Source of the DNA: Promethearchaeota archaeon | Lineage (GTDB): Archaea > Asgardarchaeota > Thorarchaeia > Thorarchaeales > Thorarchaeaceae | Length of the DNA: 64,000 bases | NCBI GenBank assembly: GCA_014728035.1 | Contig: WJMJ01000059.1 | Location: forward strand, 288,001 to 352,000 | Reading direction: 5' to 3' | Shown here: positions 19,366-29,887 of the stretch, piece by piece | Layout: each line of letters starts with the position of its first letter | Numbering within the stretch: position 1 is the first letter of the stretch | Position numbers and translations under genes: made by a program | Notes under the pieces: model-generated | What the model was told of the DNA's origin: nothing | Databases searched by the model: none | The model's input: only the letters and a program-made list of their open reading frames with translations

Positions 19366-20144
19366 TGCGGCTAGAACCAGAAGATATTGTTATGGTGACA
19401 CGAGCTCCAATGACTCTGGTAGATACGGAGAAATCTATTGTTAGACTTGAAAATGGGGCTCTCTGGTGCTATGTTACTGATGGCAGAAATCGAGTTGGTA
19501 TTGCATTTCAGGGTAAATCTAGTTATGCAGTAGATGCGATTGGTGTAACGTCTCGTGGAGCTGTTGGTCAATCCTACTCTGGAACTTTAGAGGGAATTCA
19601 AATATTCTTGGGAAGCACAATTATTGAAGACATATCCAAACCCCCCTTAGATCCCGACTTTCAAGGACACGGATTTGACAGCCCTCATGGATTCGTTCAA
19701 TCTGTTATCAAACGAATAGATACGATACAAGGCGAAAAGGAGTCACATTCACATTGGGATGAATCTGACGAATCTAACATTCTTCTTGGTAATAATGGTG
19801 AACATGATATCATTCTCATCCCGAGAAATGATGGCCTTGTGTATATTCATGGAAAGACCGTCTTTGTTCTGAATGATGAAAAATTGGTTTCTGTTGAAGG
19901 AAAGCGAGTCGTAATATCTGGTGATAGAGGTGAAGAGATTATAATAGATAAGGATGGAATACACGGTCTTGATATCCCCGATGTGGGTCAGATTGTTCAA
20001 ACTGCAATGACTGGTGCAATGCGAGATCTTGGTGTTGGCATGAAAGATCTAGGTAAGTCTATCCGTCATGTCAAGAAAAGCGAAATCTCCCTAAAACCTG
20101 ATTATGACGATGTCGATGATTTAGACTGGGATGACGATGAGTAA
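19365..20144 (+). CDS. Hypothetical beta-rich protein, coupled to the regulator
   Basis: TAATG stop/start overlap; acidic C-terminus. Confidence 0.7.
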   Translation: MRLEPEDIVMVTRAPMTLVDTEKSIVRLENGALWCYVTDGRNRVGIAFQGKSSYAVDAIGVTSRGAVGQSYSGTLEGIQIFLGSTIIEDISKPPLDPDFQGHGFDSPHGFVQSVIKRIDTIQGEKESHSHWDESDESNILLGNNGEHDIILIPRNDGLVYIHGKTVFVLNDEKLVSVEGKRVVISGDRGEEIIIDKDGIHGLDIPDVGQIVQTAMTGAMRDLGVGMKDLGKSIRHVKKSEISLKPDYDDVDDLDWDDDE

Positions 20145-20195
20145 ATCAATATTTTCTTGATTTCTTTCTGCTCCGTTATCATGACGGGGCATCTC

Positions 20196-22004
20196 TTATT
20201 TTGAAATCATTGATTGTTGAGCTCGGGGCCTTATCTGAAGCTCGTATAGTGAGTAGTATTTTCCTTTCTTTTCCATCAGTTTGCGATGAGTTCCCGTTTC
20301 TACTATTTTTCCTTCTTCAAGTACAACGATTCTATCTGCATTTACGATGGTAGAAAGACGATGTGCGATTACAATTGATGTTCGTCCTCGCAGGAGTGTT
20401 TTCATACCTTTCTGGATTGCATGTTCCGTATAAATATCGATTGAACTTGTAGCTTCGTCAAGAACGAGAATGCTTGGGTCTGCTAGAAGAGCTCTAGAAA
20501 AGCTTACAAGCTGACGTTCTCCCTCCGAGAGTCTGCTGCCTCTCTCTCCCACCTCTGTATCAAAACCTTCATCAAGTCCTTCTATAATTCGTCTTGCGCC
20601 AATTAGTTCAGTAGCCTCAATTATTTCCTTGTCTGATGCATCAGGCCTTCCGTATCTTATATTGTCCTTTACTGTTCCCATGAATAGAAATGCGTCTTGT
20701 AAGACCAATCCGATTTTTGAATGGAGTGATTTTTGTTTTACTTCTCTAATATCTATACCATCAATTCTGATTGCCCCTTCTTGAACATCATAGAACCTGT
20801 TAAGAAGACTTACTACCGTTGTCTTTCCTGCACCTGTATCTCCAACTAGAGCTATAGTTTCCCCTTTTTCTATTTCTAGGTCAAAATTCTCAAGAACTAC
20901 TTTTCCCTCTACATAGCTGAAAGTGACATTATCAAATACAATATGGCCTTCGACATCCGGCATCTCTATCGCATCATCTTCATCAGTAATTGACGGCTCT
21001 TCATCTAGTATTAAGAATACACGTTCAGCTCCTGCAAATGCACTTTGAACTGATGTGTAGAAATTAGTGATAATTAGAATCGGTCTAAAGAAACTGGAAC
21101 TATATTGCATGAACATTACAATTGTCCCAATAGTTGTCATTCCCTGGATTAGTAGAAATCCCCCGATCCAAAGAATGAAAAATATTCCCAAACCACCAAT
21201 GAAGCGTACTGTTGGGAAAAAGGCGGATTGTGCCCTTCCAGCATCAATATTTGATTCATAATCTGCCCTATTTACTTCATCAAACCTCTCGATACTAATC
21301 CTCTCTCGAGCGAAACTCTTGGTAACTTTAGCTCCTGAGATGCTTTCAGCCAGATTTGCTGTAACACTTGAAATGGTCTTTCTGGTACTTCTATAGGCTT
21401 CTCTCATCTTTTTTCTAAAGTAGATAGTTGTCAATAGGAGTATTGGAACTACTGTTATTGTTGCTATTGCCATATAGAGGTCAAAAAAGAAGATAGCAAA
21501 TCCAATTGCAAATACGACAAATATTTGTGCGAAAGAGCTTATCAGACCTCCGCTGAGCAATTCGCTCATTCTGTCAATATCATTTGTAATCCGTGAGATA
21601 ACTCTTCCACTTGATGATTGATCGTAGAAATCTTGAGAGAGGCACTGAAGTTGTTCGTATAATTCTTGCCGAAGCTCGTATACTGCTTTCTGTCCCATTA
21701 GTGCCATTGCATATTCATTACCATAGCTAGTAAGCCATGCAGCAATCTGTAAGAAGATGTAAATCCCTGCTGTAAAAACAAGACCATCTATATTTCCGGT
21801 CAAAAATTCATCATCTATAGCATATTTCAATACAATTGGAGAGTAAACAGTTATTGCAATACCTACTGTAACTAAACCACACACCATTAAAAAGAGCCTT
21901 TTGTATGCAAATAGGTAGTTTACCATTCTTTTGAGCAATGTTCCATCGGAATATACATAGCTGCGTTCTTCTGGATTGTCTTGGGCATTTATTCCCCTAC
22001 TCAT
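20196..22004 (-). CDS. ABC exporter (TMD+NBD), heterodimer subunit with degenerate signature
   Basis: GDTGAGKT, LSEGERQ, LVLDEATS and IAHRLST. Confidence 0.92.
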   Translation of the reverse strand: MSRGINAQDNPEERSYVYSDGTLLKRMVNYLFAYKRLFLMVCGLVTVGIAITVYSPIVLKYAIDDEFLTGNIDGLVFTAGIYIFLQIAAWLTSYGNEYAMALMGQKAVYELRQELYEQLQCLSQDFYDQSSSGRVISRITNDIDRMSELLSGGLISSFAQIFVVFAIGFAIFFFDLYMAIATITVVPILLLTTIYFRKKMREAYRSTRKTISSVTANLAESISGAKVTKSFARERISIERFDEVNRADYESNIDAGRAQSAFFPTVRFIGGLGIFFILWIGGFLLIQGMTTIGTIVMFMQYSSSFFRPILIITNFYTSVQSAFAGAERVFLILDEEPSITDEDDAIEMPDVEGHIVFDNVTFSYVEGKVVLENFDLEIEKGETIALVGDTGAGKTTVVSLLNRFYDVQEGAIRIDGIDIREVKQKSLHSKIGLVLQDAFLFMGTVKDNIRYGRPDASDKEIIEATELIGARRIIEGLDEGFDTEVGERGSRLSEGERQLVSFSRALLADPSILVLDEATSSIDIYTEHAIQKGMKTLLRGRTSIVIAHRLSTIVNADRIVVLEEGKIVETGTHRKLMEKKGKYYSLYELQIRPRAQQSMISK

Positions 22005-23913
22005 GAGTGCTACCCCCTTCTGTAGACAATGTTGGTGTGTCAGCTGCTAACTCCATTTCTCTCAAGGTTGATGCAATTCCCGCATAGTACCCATCTTGTT
22101 CAATTAATTCTTCATGAGATCCAATCTCTACAATTCTACCCTTCTCCATCATGACTATCAAGTCTGCATTTCGAATTGTGCTTAGACGATGAGTTATAAT
22201 GAACGTGGTTCTTCCAATCATTAGCTTTTCCAAAGCTTGCTGTATTAGAGCTTCAGTTTTGGCATCAACAGAACTAGTCGAGTCATCCAGAATCAAAATT
22301 TTCGGATCTGCTACAAGGGCTCGAGCAATTGCAATTCTTTGTTTTTGACCCCCACTCAATGTGACACCTCTTTCCCCAATTGTTGAGTCGTATCCTTCAT
22401 CAAGACTAGATATGAAGTCATGAATGTTTGCTGACTTTGCAGCCGACTCTATTTCTTCAAATGGACAATTTGGTTTTGCAAAAGCAATATTTTCTCCAAT
22501 CGTGGCTGAGAATAAGAAGGGATCCTGATGTACCATTCCAATATTCATTCTCAAATCTTCTAAACGATAATTTCTAACATCTTCTCCATCAATACGAACA
22601 TGACCTGGTTCTCGAATCTGGTATGCTTTTCCCTCAATGACAATAGCTCCATGCTGTTCCTTGTGTTTTTCCCCATCAACTTCCACTGTATTATCTTCTT
22701 GAATATGGTATATTTTATCATCGATTTCAACAGTAGGTCTATCATCCACATCATAGAATCTGGGAATCAAATTCATAAGACTCGTTTTTCCTGAACCGGT
22801 TCCTCCTAGCAGTGCTACAACCTGTCCTGGCCTAGCAGTAAAATGAATATCTTTGAGGATGAACTTATCATCATGATAACTGAAGTAGACATGTTCAAAG
22901 TCCACTTTGCCCTTGAATCTATCAATCTCAATTGGTTCTTCTGGATTCAATAATTCATCACGGTGGTCTAAGATGTAAAATGTTCTCTCACCGGCTGCAT
23001 CAGCTCTCTGATACATTCCAACACCCCAACTGAGGAATCTTGCAGGAAGTATGAGCATTCCTACAAGTGTAATATATCCTGTAAATACTCCGTAGCTCAT
23101 GGACCCCATTAAGAATTGAAGCCCCCCATAATATATGATGAAGCCTGTGGCAATTCCAAAAACGGTTGGCAGTAAGGGTCGATAGAATGAAAGAAGTCTA
23201 AGCGCTTCAGTTCTTTCTTCGAGAAATCTATAATTCTCTTTTTCGACTCGTTCAAATTCTCGCTCTGAAGCAGCATACGACTTTACAACTTTCATGCCTA
23301 CAATATTTTCTGCTAGAACCGAACTAAGTGTGCCATATTGTTCTCTAGCTGAATAGAATACTGGTCTAACTTTTTTGGCGAATACGTAAATGAATGCACC
23401 CGCAAATGGAATAAGTGCAAGAAGATACAAGGTCAGATCCAAATTTAACCATAGCATAACTATGTATGTTCCAATCATTTGAGCCAAACCAATCAGTATT
23501 ACTCTATATCCCCAGAAGAGAAACTCTCTCATTGTTGTCACGTCAGTAGTTACTCTTGCTAGTAGTTGTCCTGTTTCATTCTGGTCGTAAAACGATAGGT
23601 CTTTCTCCATCAGAGAATCGTAAAGTTCCCCTCTAAGGTCGTAGATTACTTTCTGTGCCGTAATAGCTGCTCCGTATCTTCCACCTATATCAAATAAAGC
23701 ATATAGTAGTGTGAGAGCTAGATATGTTAGTGCAAGTTGAATTACGATATTGTAGTTTCCGGAGGGTATAGCCGTATCGATAATTTCTACTATCACTAAT
23801 GGGGTTAGCAGATTGAAAACCGTACCTATTACTGCCGATGTCAAAAACCCAAAAAATAGTGGCTTATGCTTTAATGCATAATTTGTAAGACGAGATACGT
23901 ACCCCATTTTCAA
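21997..23913 (-). CDS. ABC exporter (TMD+NBD), heterodimer subunit with degenerate Walker B
   Basis: GGTGSGKT, LSGGQKQR and LILDDSTS (D replacing catalytic E); insertion after PRFYDV. Confidence 0.92.
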   Translation of the reverse strand: MKMGYVSRLTNYALKHKPLFFGFLTSAVIGTVFNLLTPLVIVEIIDTAIPSGNYNIVIQLALTYLALTLLYALFDIGGRYGAAITAQKVIYDLRGELYDSLMEKDLSFYDQNETGQLLARVTTDVTTMREFLFWGYRVILIGLAQMIGTYIVMLWLNLDLTLYLLALIPFAGAFIYVFAKKVRPVFYSAREQYGTLSSVLAENIVGMKVVKSYAASEREFERVEKENYRFLEERTEALRLLSFYRPLLPTVFGIATGFIIYYGGLQFLMGSMSYGVFTGYITLVGMLILPARFLSWGVGMYQRADAAGERTFYILDHRDELLNPEEPIEIDRFKGKVDFEHVYFSYHDDKFILKDIHFTARPGQVVALLGGTGSGKTSLMNLIPRFYDVDDRPTVEIDDKIYHIQEDNTVEVDGEKHKEQHGAIVIEGKAYQIREPGHVRIDGEDVRNYRLEDLRMNIGMVHQDPFLFSATIGENIAFAKPNCPFEEIESAAKSANIHDFISSLDEGYDSTIGERGVTLSGGQKQRIAIARALVADPKILILDDSTSSVDAKTEALIQQALEKLMIGRTTFIITHRLSTIRNADLIVMMEKGRIVEIGSHEELIEQDGYYAGIASTLREMELAADTPTLSTEGGSTHE

Positions 23914-23985
23914 AGTCCCACCTTTTGGTGCTCCTGGCTTGATGATAAGGATTGTGTAGTATACACAGTATTTTCGTTTTATGGT

Positions 23986-24405
23986 TTATTCGACACACAA
24001 ATCTGAGAGAGTTCCACCGATTTTATTACATTTTTTGAGGTCAATTTCACTGGGTTGATCTTTGACCTTCAATGGTGTTTCAATTGCTGGAATACCCCCT
24101 CGCTCCTTTAATGCATCCATTATCATGTCTGGCGCCTCACCACTCCATCCATATGAACCAAATGCGAATACTGCCAATCCATTCCTAAGCTCTATTTCAC
24201 TTAGCAAATTTCTGACCTTCGGTAAAGGTCTTTTCATTCTTGTTGAGCTTCCAACCGCTAAAACGCACACGTTCTCAAGCCCTGCAAAATTTTCAGCTGG
24301 CAAGACCGTGCAATTCTTTCCCTTATCTATTACTCCTTCGCAGATAGCTTCTGCCATAGCTTTTGTTCGCCCTCTCGTGCTTTCGTAGATGACAAGAACC
24401 TTCAT
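23986..24405 (-). CDS. Flavodoxin
   Basis: IYESTRGRTKAMA and AFGSYGWSGEA. Confidence 0.88.
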   Translation of the reverse strand: MKVLVIYESTRGRTKAMAEAICEGVIDKGKNCTVLPAENFAGLENVCVLAVGSSTRMKRPLPKVRNLLSEIELRNGLAVFAFGSYGWSGEAPDMIMDALKERGGIPAIETPLKVKDQPSEIDLKKCNKIGGTLSDLCVE

Positions 24406-24567
24406 GAAAATCAAAGTAGTCAAGCATTTTCTACTCAAAAGCTTTCTGAAACCGATACGCATAGACAAATTTGTTCATTTTGTGTGATTGATAGGAGAAT
24501 TATAATATGTGTAAATGCTGTTAGAAACATACTAGGTTTCAAAACTATTCATTGAGGTATCAGAGCA

Positions 24568-25251
24568 ATGGAACTTTCCTCGCAGGTTGTATCAGACATC
24601 AAACGAAAGGCAAGTAAAATATGTGATTTGCTCATTGCAAACTATGGTGAAACTGTTTCTTCTAAGCAAAGACCTCCCCTTGATGAATTGGTTTATACAA
24701 TTCTTAGCCAAAATACAACTGATGAGAATGCTGAAATCGCCTATCAAAACCTATTGGTTGAATTTCCGACGTGGGAACAAGTCATTGAAGCACCAGTAAA
24801 GACTATACAGAATCTTATTTTTCCATCCGGTTTTTACAAGGTAAAAACAAAACGAATTAAACGTACGTTGAAAGAGATAAAGAAACGAGTGGGAAAATTA
24901 GACCTAGATCTTCTTCAAGAAATGGAAATCGAAGATGCAAAAGAATGGCTAACTTCTTTACATGGGGTAGGACAAAAAACCGCTGCAATTGTCCTATTGT
25001 TCTGTTTTAGAAAACCTGTAGTTCCTGTTGACACGCATGTATATCGAGTTACTAAACGACTTGGTGTTGTACCTGATGATTATTCCAATGATAGCGCTCA
25101 GATATTTCTTGAAGCGATTTTACCACGCTATTGTATATTCTCTCTCAACCATAATCTTGTGACCCATGGACGACAAATCTGCAAATCCAGAACTCCTTTG
25201 TGTGAGGAATGTTTTCTGAACCATCTTTGTGAATACTATTTATCTCAATAA
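24568..25251 (+). CDS. nth: Endonuclease III (HhH-GPD, 4Fe-4S)
   Basis: ILSQNTTD, L.GVGQKTA HhH, VDTHV.RV and C-x6-C-x2-C-x5-C cluster. Confidence 0.92.
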   Translation: MELSSQVVSDIKRKASKICDLLIANYGETVSSKQRPPLDELVYTILSQNTTDENAEIAYQNLLVEFPTWEQVIEAPVKTIQNLIFPSGFYKVKTKRIKRTLKEIKKRVGKLDLDLLQEMEIEDAKEWLTSLHGVGQKTAAIVLLFCFRKPVVPVDTHVYRVTKRLGVVPDDYSNDSAQIFLEAILPRYCIFSLNHNLVTHGRQICKSRTPLCEECFLNHLCEYYLSQ

Positions 25252-25349
25252 TCATTAGACCTTTTTTGTCCCTAGCAACATATTCAATAGTCAGAGTAGA
25301 CCTCCTTCATTTGTTCAAGTCACAACCTATACAAACATAGCAATTTGGA

Positions 25350-26747
25350 GTGTCGCTTGTGGAATTATTACTAGAAATTACCCCTTTACTCATCATTGGA
25401 GTTTCTCTTGTTCTTGCATTTGTCGGTGCAGAGGTTATGAAAAGAGCAGGCATCCCTCAGATTCTGGGATTCATGATTGCAGGATTAATACTTGGAATGA
25501 CTGGTTTCTTTAATGACGAGATTAGGAATTCTTTATTTCCATTAGTTGAGCTAGCACTAGGACTTATTGGATATAACATAGGGCTTGAAATCAGGAAAGA
25601 AGTCTTCAAAGGTCAAGTTCGAAAGATGTCTTTAATTCTAATAATGGAATCGATACTCACCTTTGTATTGGTTTCAGTGCTTGCATATATAATTCTAGAA
25701 TTTTTCGGTATTGCTGCTGGATGGGGAATAAATCCTTGGTTTATCGCTATTGTGTTTGGAGCTTTAGCTAGCGCAACTGACCCAGCTTCCACTGTTATGG
25801 TAATTTGGGAGCGGCATTGTAAAGGCAATCTAACTGATACTTTGATGTTTGTACTTGCACTGGACGACGTAATAGCTATTCTTCTTGCAAACATAACCAT
25901 TGCAGTTGCCATATCTGCTTTTTCCACTGCTGGAACAATCGCACTCTCAGAAACTTTGTTTCATACACTAGTTGAAGTTGTTGGGTCGAGTGCACTTGGT
26001 GCAATAGTTGGTGCAAGTCTAGTCTATTTCATTAATCGAGAAGATGACAGACGTGCTTTGCTTGAGTTTGAGCTTGGAATGATTATTCTACTTGTAGGAG
26101 TTACTGCAGTACTGGGTCTCAGTTCCATATTATCCTGTATGGTATTTGGATTCATTGTTGGAAATTACGTAGAACAATCAAAAGACCCAGTTAGTCATAC
26201 ACTGAAGACTGTAATGAGTCCCGTAGTAATGATCTTTTTTGTTATTGTGGGCGCCTCAATTGATTTAGCCCAGATTGCAGGCATTGCTGCAATCATTTTA
26301 GCAGTAGTATATGTTGCTGGAAGAAGCTTTGCAAAATACTTTGGTTCGTATGTTGGTTCCACGTTAGCCAAGATGCCAAAACTAACAACCAGATATATTG
26401 GCTTTTGTTTGATGTCACAAGCTGGTGTTGCCGTTGGATTGTCACTTGTCATAGAAGAGGCATTTCTAGGAATTGGTACTCCCGAGGCCCAAGCTGCTGG
26501 AGTCTTGATTCTAAATATTGTAGCCCTTACTACAATGATTCTCCAGGTATTTGGTCCTATTTCTGCCAGTGAAGGCTTACGAAAAGCCGGAGAGTATCCT
26601 GAATTTCTCGAACCTGGCTATACTGAGATGTTCGAGTTTTATCGACGATGTATTGACTGTCCAATGGGCAATACCTCGGACCATGATTTTCTTGGTGAGC
26701 CCACCGAGGAACGAATTGAGGATATGCCAGAGGATTACAGAACCTGA
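25350..26747 (+). CDS. Cation:proton antiporter (CPA family)
   Basis: About 13 TM, ATDPA, LDD and QAGVAVGL. Confidence 0.88.
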   Translation: MSLVELLLEITPLLIIGVSLVLAFVGAEVMKRAGIPQILGFMIAGLILGMTGFFNDEIRNSLFPLVELALGLIGYNIGLEIRKEVFKGQVRKMSLILIMESILTFVLVSVLAYIILEFFGIAAGWGINPWFIAIVFGALASATDPASTVMVIWERHCKGNLTDTLMFVLALDDVIAILLANITIAVAISAFSTAGTIALSETLFHTLVEVVGSSALGAIVGASLVYFINREDDRRALLEFELGMIILLVGVTAVLGLSSILSCMVFGFIVGNYVEQSKDPVSHTLKTVMSPVVMIFFVIVGASIDLAQIAGIAAIILAVVYVAGRSFAKYFGSYVGSTLAKMPKLTTRYIGFCLMSQAGVAVGLSLVIEEAFLGIGTPEAQAAGVLILNIVALTTMILQVFGPISASEGLRKAGEYPEFLEPGYTEMFEFYRRCIDCPMGNTSDHDFLGEPTEERIEDMPEDYRT

Positions 26748-26797
26748 CCAATAGAGTCATGAATCAATATACTATATGCTTGGAGTAGTTGATAATC

Positions 26798-27091
26798 ATG
26801 GCTGAATCGGAATGTATTCGTGAGACACCGTGGAGTGTCAAGATTAGGGTCATTAAACAAAAAGGTAGTTGTGTTGTCGGACATGAAGTAGATGATGAAA
26901 TCTTCATTACTGATTCTGGAGTAGAAGGAAAAATTTGTATCAGTTTACTCTACTCAGTATTGCCCAAAGTATATGCTATGATGTATAATGCACGATTTCC
27001 TTGGTTACAAAACCAGTGCAAAGCAACTCATGCTTGTCCTGATGCACATAATCCTCTTGTTGTAGAGTTAACTAGAATTGATTCAGACTAG
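26798..27091 (+). CDS. TIGR04076-family Cys-rich protein
   Basis: G.C..GH, ICISL, FPW and ACPD..N..V.EL pattern. Confidence 0.75.
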   Translation: MAESECIRETPWSVKIRVIKQKGSCVVGHEVDDEIFITDSGVEGKICISLLYSVLPKVYAMMYNARFPWLQNQCKATHACPDAHNPLVVELTRIDSD

Positions 27092-27439
27092 TTCTTCTTC
27101 AGCATCCTCTTGAGGTTGTTGTTCTCTAAGCTCAGGGAATGCGGACTCGAGGTCTCGAAGCACCGCTTCTGATAAATCTCTATTTGACATAACTGCTAGA
27201 TTTCGTCCATACCATCCACAATCTAGGCAATAATATGCGGGTTGAAATGATCCAATATAACCCAAGTCATGATAAGAAGTCAAGTCCACAATTCTGGCAC
27301 TTTTGCAATTTGGGCAGACTGGAAAATCCGCAGAGATGCCTTTTCTCTTTAATCTATCAAGCGCTTCTCTCACAGCTCGAAGTCTTCTTAGCTCGATTAA
27401 TTCTCTTTTAGAGAGTATGCCACCAGTGAATTGTGTCAT
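27083..27439 (-). CDS. Zn-ribbon protein
   Basis: CPNC...YYCLDCGWYG. Confidence 0.75.
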   Translation of the reverse strand: MTQFTGGILSKRELIELRRLRAVREALDRLKRKGISADFPVCPNCKSARIVDLTSYHDLGYIGSFQPAYYCLDCGWYGRNLAVMSNRDLSEAVLRDLESAFPELREQQPQEDAEEELV

Positions 27440-27500
27440 TTGAATCAATACCTTCTGAAACAAATTTGAATAAACAACTTAGCTTATTCTATTTATTGTA

Positions 27501-27938
27501 CTAGGAAGCACTAGGCATGATCTGAACCATAAACGCAATAATTCCCAACAGATAGGCAATTAACCATAATATCAAAGTACTAATCATTAGTGGTCTTGTT
27601 CTCTTCAACAATTTCAATGGCATATCCTTTCTAGTTAGAAAAATTATTGAGAGAATTATCCCAAATGTTACGGCCAGTATGCCCACCAAATCATGGACAA
27701 TTTGATACCCGTTAGCTACTAAATCCATAAACGCTCCTTCTGCAGCAAGTGTGGCTGCTCTTGGAATCATCCAAGCTCCAACAGTAATTGAGTGGATTAG
27801 TACTACTGAATAGACCGCTTTGTGGTGTAAATCAAAATGCATCCGTCTAGCACCAAAGTACCACCCTATTGTTATTATCACAAATAGAATTGATTCAACT
27901 ATCATAATGATTGTAGCAATTTCTAGACTTTGACTCAT
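27501..27938 (-). CDS. 4-TM membrane protein with intramembrane His (DUF420/cytochrome b-like)
   Basis: HH near TM2 and VH...G in TM3. Confidence 0.6.
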   Translation of the reverse strand: MSQSLEIATIIMIVESILFVIITIGWYFGARRMHFDLHHKAVYSVVLIHSITVGAWMIPRAATLAAEGAFMDLVANGYQIVHDLVGILAVTFGIILSIIFLTRKDMPLKLLKRTRPLMISTLILWLIAYLLGIIAFMVQIMPSAS

Positions 27939-27946
27939 TATTTGCA

Positions 27947-28684
27947 CTATTTTTCCTCCTTGATTGCAATATCACTGACACTGCCTGTTGTAGTAAATAG
28001 ACTTGACGAGAGCAACGCTTCCCTTCCTTGATGTGCTGTGACAATGGCAGATGCAATCATTCCCCATGGACAAAATCGCACATCCAGATTTCGATATGCT
28101 TCTGAGTCATGAATTCTAGCAAAGGCGCATCGGTTTGCAGCAATAGTGACTTTGTTTTTGTCATATTTCACTCTTGCATATCCAACAAAATCGTGCTCCT
28201 TTATGAAATCCACATAAGCCTCTAATTTTTCTTTTAGCGGCGCTGTTGGATTTAACATACGTTCTGGAAGGTATGCAGAGAGAATATCTGACATTCTCAT
28301 AAATACATAGTTTTTGATTGCTGCTTCTCCAAGAATCTCGATGAAGACACTCTCGTAACCAAATATAGCTGCTCGTAATTTCCAGATGTCCTCCATAGTC
28401 AGGTCTTGTACTGACCCTTTATCAAACGCCTGATCCACTTTCTTCTTGAAATTCTCCATGAACTTCTTGAGTTCCGAACTCAGTGTATCTGAATCAGTTT
28501 CCTCTGAGAATGCCTCCGGTAGAAACTCCTTTACATAGTAGACCATTCTTGGAAGTACGTGATCCTCAAGGACGTCTGGCCCTATAAGCTCTGTACCCAC
28601 AGCTTCGTAAGCGTCTAGAATGCCTTTGTACAGAAAAACTGCTTCCATTGCAGCATTTTCAGGCTCGCTTTGTTGTGATTGCAT
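27947..28684 (-). CDS. V4R/MetOD1-like domain protein with internally duplicated helical N-terminus
   Basis: RCAFA...FCPWGMIASAI Cys pattern; two copies of a YE.V..E..G......V..RM......LPE repeat. Confidence 0.55.
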   Translation of the reverse strand: MQSQQSEPENAAMEAVFLYKGILDAYEAVGTELIGPDVLEDHVLPRMVYYVKEFLPEAFSEETDSDTLSSELKKFMENFKKKVDQAFDKGSVQDLTMEDIWKLRAAIFGYESVFIEILGEAAIKNYVFMRMSDILSAYLPERMLNPTAPLKEKLEAYVDFIKEHDFVGYARVKYDKNKVTIAANRCAFARIHDSEAYRNLDVRFCPWGMIASAIVTAHQGREALLSSSLFTTTGSVSDIAIKEEK

Positions 28685-28751
28685 CTTTACCCCATCTCAA
28701 CTTAGGCAACTTATCACACATAGATGCGGCCACTAAAATGTCTACCTCTTT

Positions 28752-29780
28752 CTAGGATAGGTTCTCTATAATTATATGACTTCCATCATTACTTCTTTCA
28801 AATCTAAGAATTTGAATTGTTTTCTCAATTTGGATAATCATACACTTTTGGATAGCTCTTCTTAAGAGAGAACGGAATACTCCCTCAACATTGTTCAACA
28901 AAGTAGAGAAAAATACAGGAGCCATTGAGGAGAATTCTTTCCCTTTCTTGTGGGTTAGTTGTCCATTTTTACTAAGTATTGCCTTACTGACGACATGTGT
29001 ATCATCTATTTTTTCCATGTTTGCTTCAGTATCATCCAAATAACAGATTTCAGCTGTTACTTTGACAAGGTCTTTTGGTGAAATTCGGATTGCACCTGTA
29101 GCAACTCCCAGCAATTTCCCATTATGGCATATAGTTGCGGAATAATTCGGTGATTGCATTATAAGATACTCATATGATTCCATAATCTCTAATTTTGAAA
29201 TTGCACGCATTATTGTTGAATGTGCCAATAGAACTTCTCGTACCTGCTCTGGCTTGAAGAGTGGCTTGGGGCGAGCAAATCTGGCAAGAGTCTTTTTTTC
29301 TTCAATATCTACGACAAAGGCAAGAGGAACATCAGTACGACTAGATAGCACATTTTCCATATATTCTCCTATAATTTCGCTTCCAAAGAATTGGCTTGCC
29401 AGTCGAGCTATCTTATTACTGATACGTTCTTGCTCGTCTTTTTTCATTACTTCTCCTTGTCCCTCTGGGATATTTGCGTGCTGAAGAATATCTTGTATCT
29501 TCTCAAGTATGCGGGAAGCTAATTTTCCTGAAGTTTGTTTTTCGAAGACCCCTACTACTACCGCTTTTCCTTCATGGCATGGAATGAATTGGAAAAACTC
29601 GCTTTCCGTTGAGAATGATTGTAATGCGTCAGACCTTGTCTGTTCACTGAAATCTCGAATCGCGCTCATTAACCCTGATGAAAGGACTGCTTGGTCACTA
29701 TTACTTGTTTCCGTATCGATATCATAATGATAAATGAGCATTCCGTCTTCAATGAGATAGACTTCTTTTAGCATAGCCAT
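28752..29780 (-). CDS. Longin/roadblock-like domain protein
   Basis: N-terminal VYLI.DG.LIYH...D..L.SGLMSAI.DFS pattern typical of Asgard longin-like domains. Confidence 0.65.
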   Translation of the reverse strand: MAMLKEVYLIEDGMLIYHYDIDTETSNSDQAVLSSGLMSAIRDFSEQTRSDALQSFSTESEFFQFIPCHEGKAVVVGVFEKQTSGKLASRILEKIQDILQHANIPEGQGEVMKKDEQERISNKIARLASQFFGSEIIGEYMENVLSSRTDVPLAFVVDIEEKKTLARFARPKPLFKPEQVREVLLAHSTIMRAISKLEIMESYEYLIMQSPNYSATICHNGKLLGVATGAIRISPKDLVKVTAEICYLDDTEANMEKIDDTHVVSKAILSKNGQLTHKKGKEFSSMAPVFFSTLLNNVEGVFRSLLRRAIQKCMIIQIEKTIQILRFERSNDGSHIIIENLS

Positions 29781-29887
29781 ACTTCCAAATTTGTTCTGAT
29801 TATGGTATGAATTCAACTATTGTAGAGATTGCTGATGACGTTATATTATTTACCAAAATTTCATACCTCTAAGTGGGAGATTAATAT

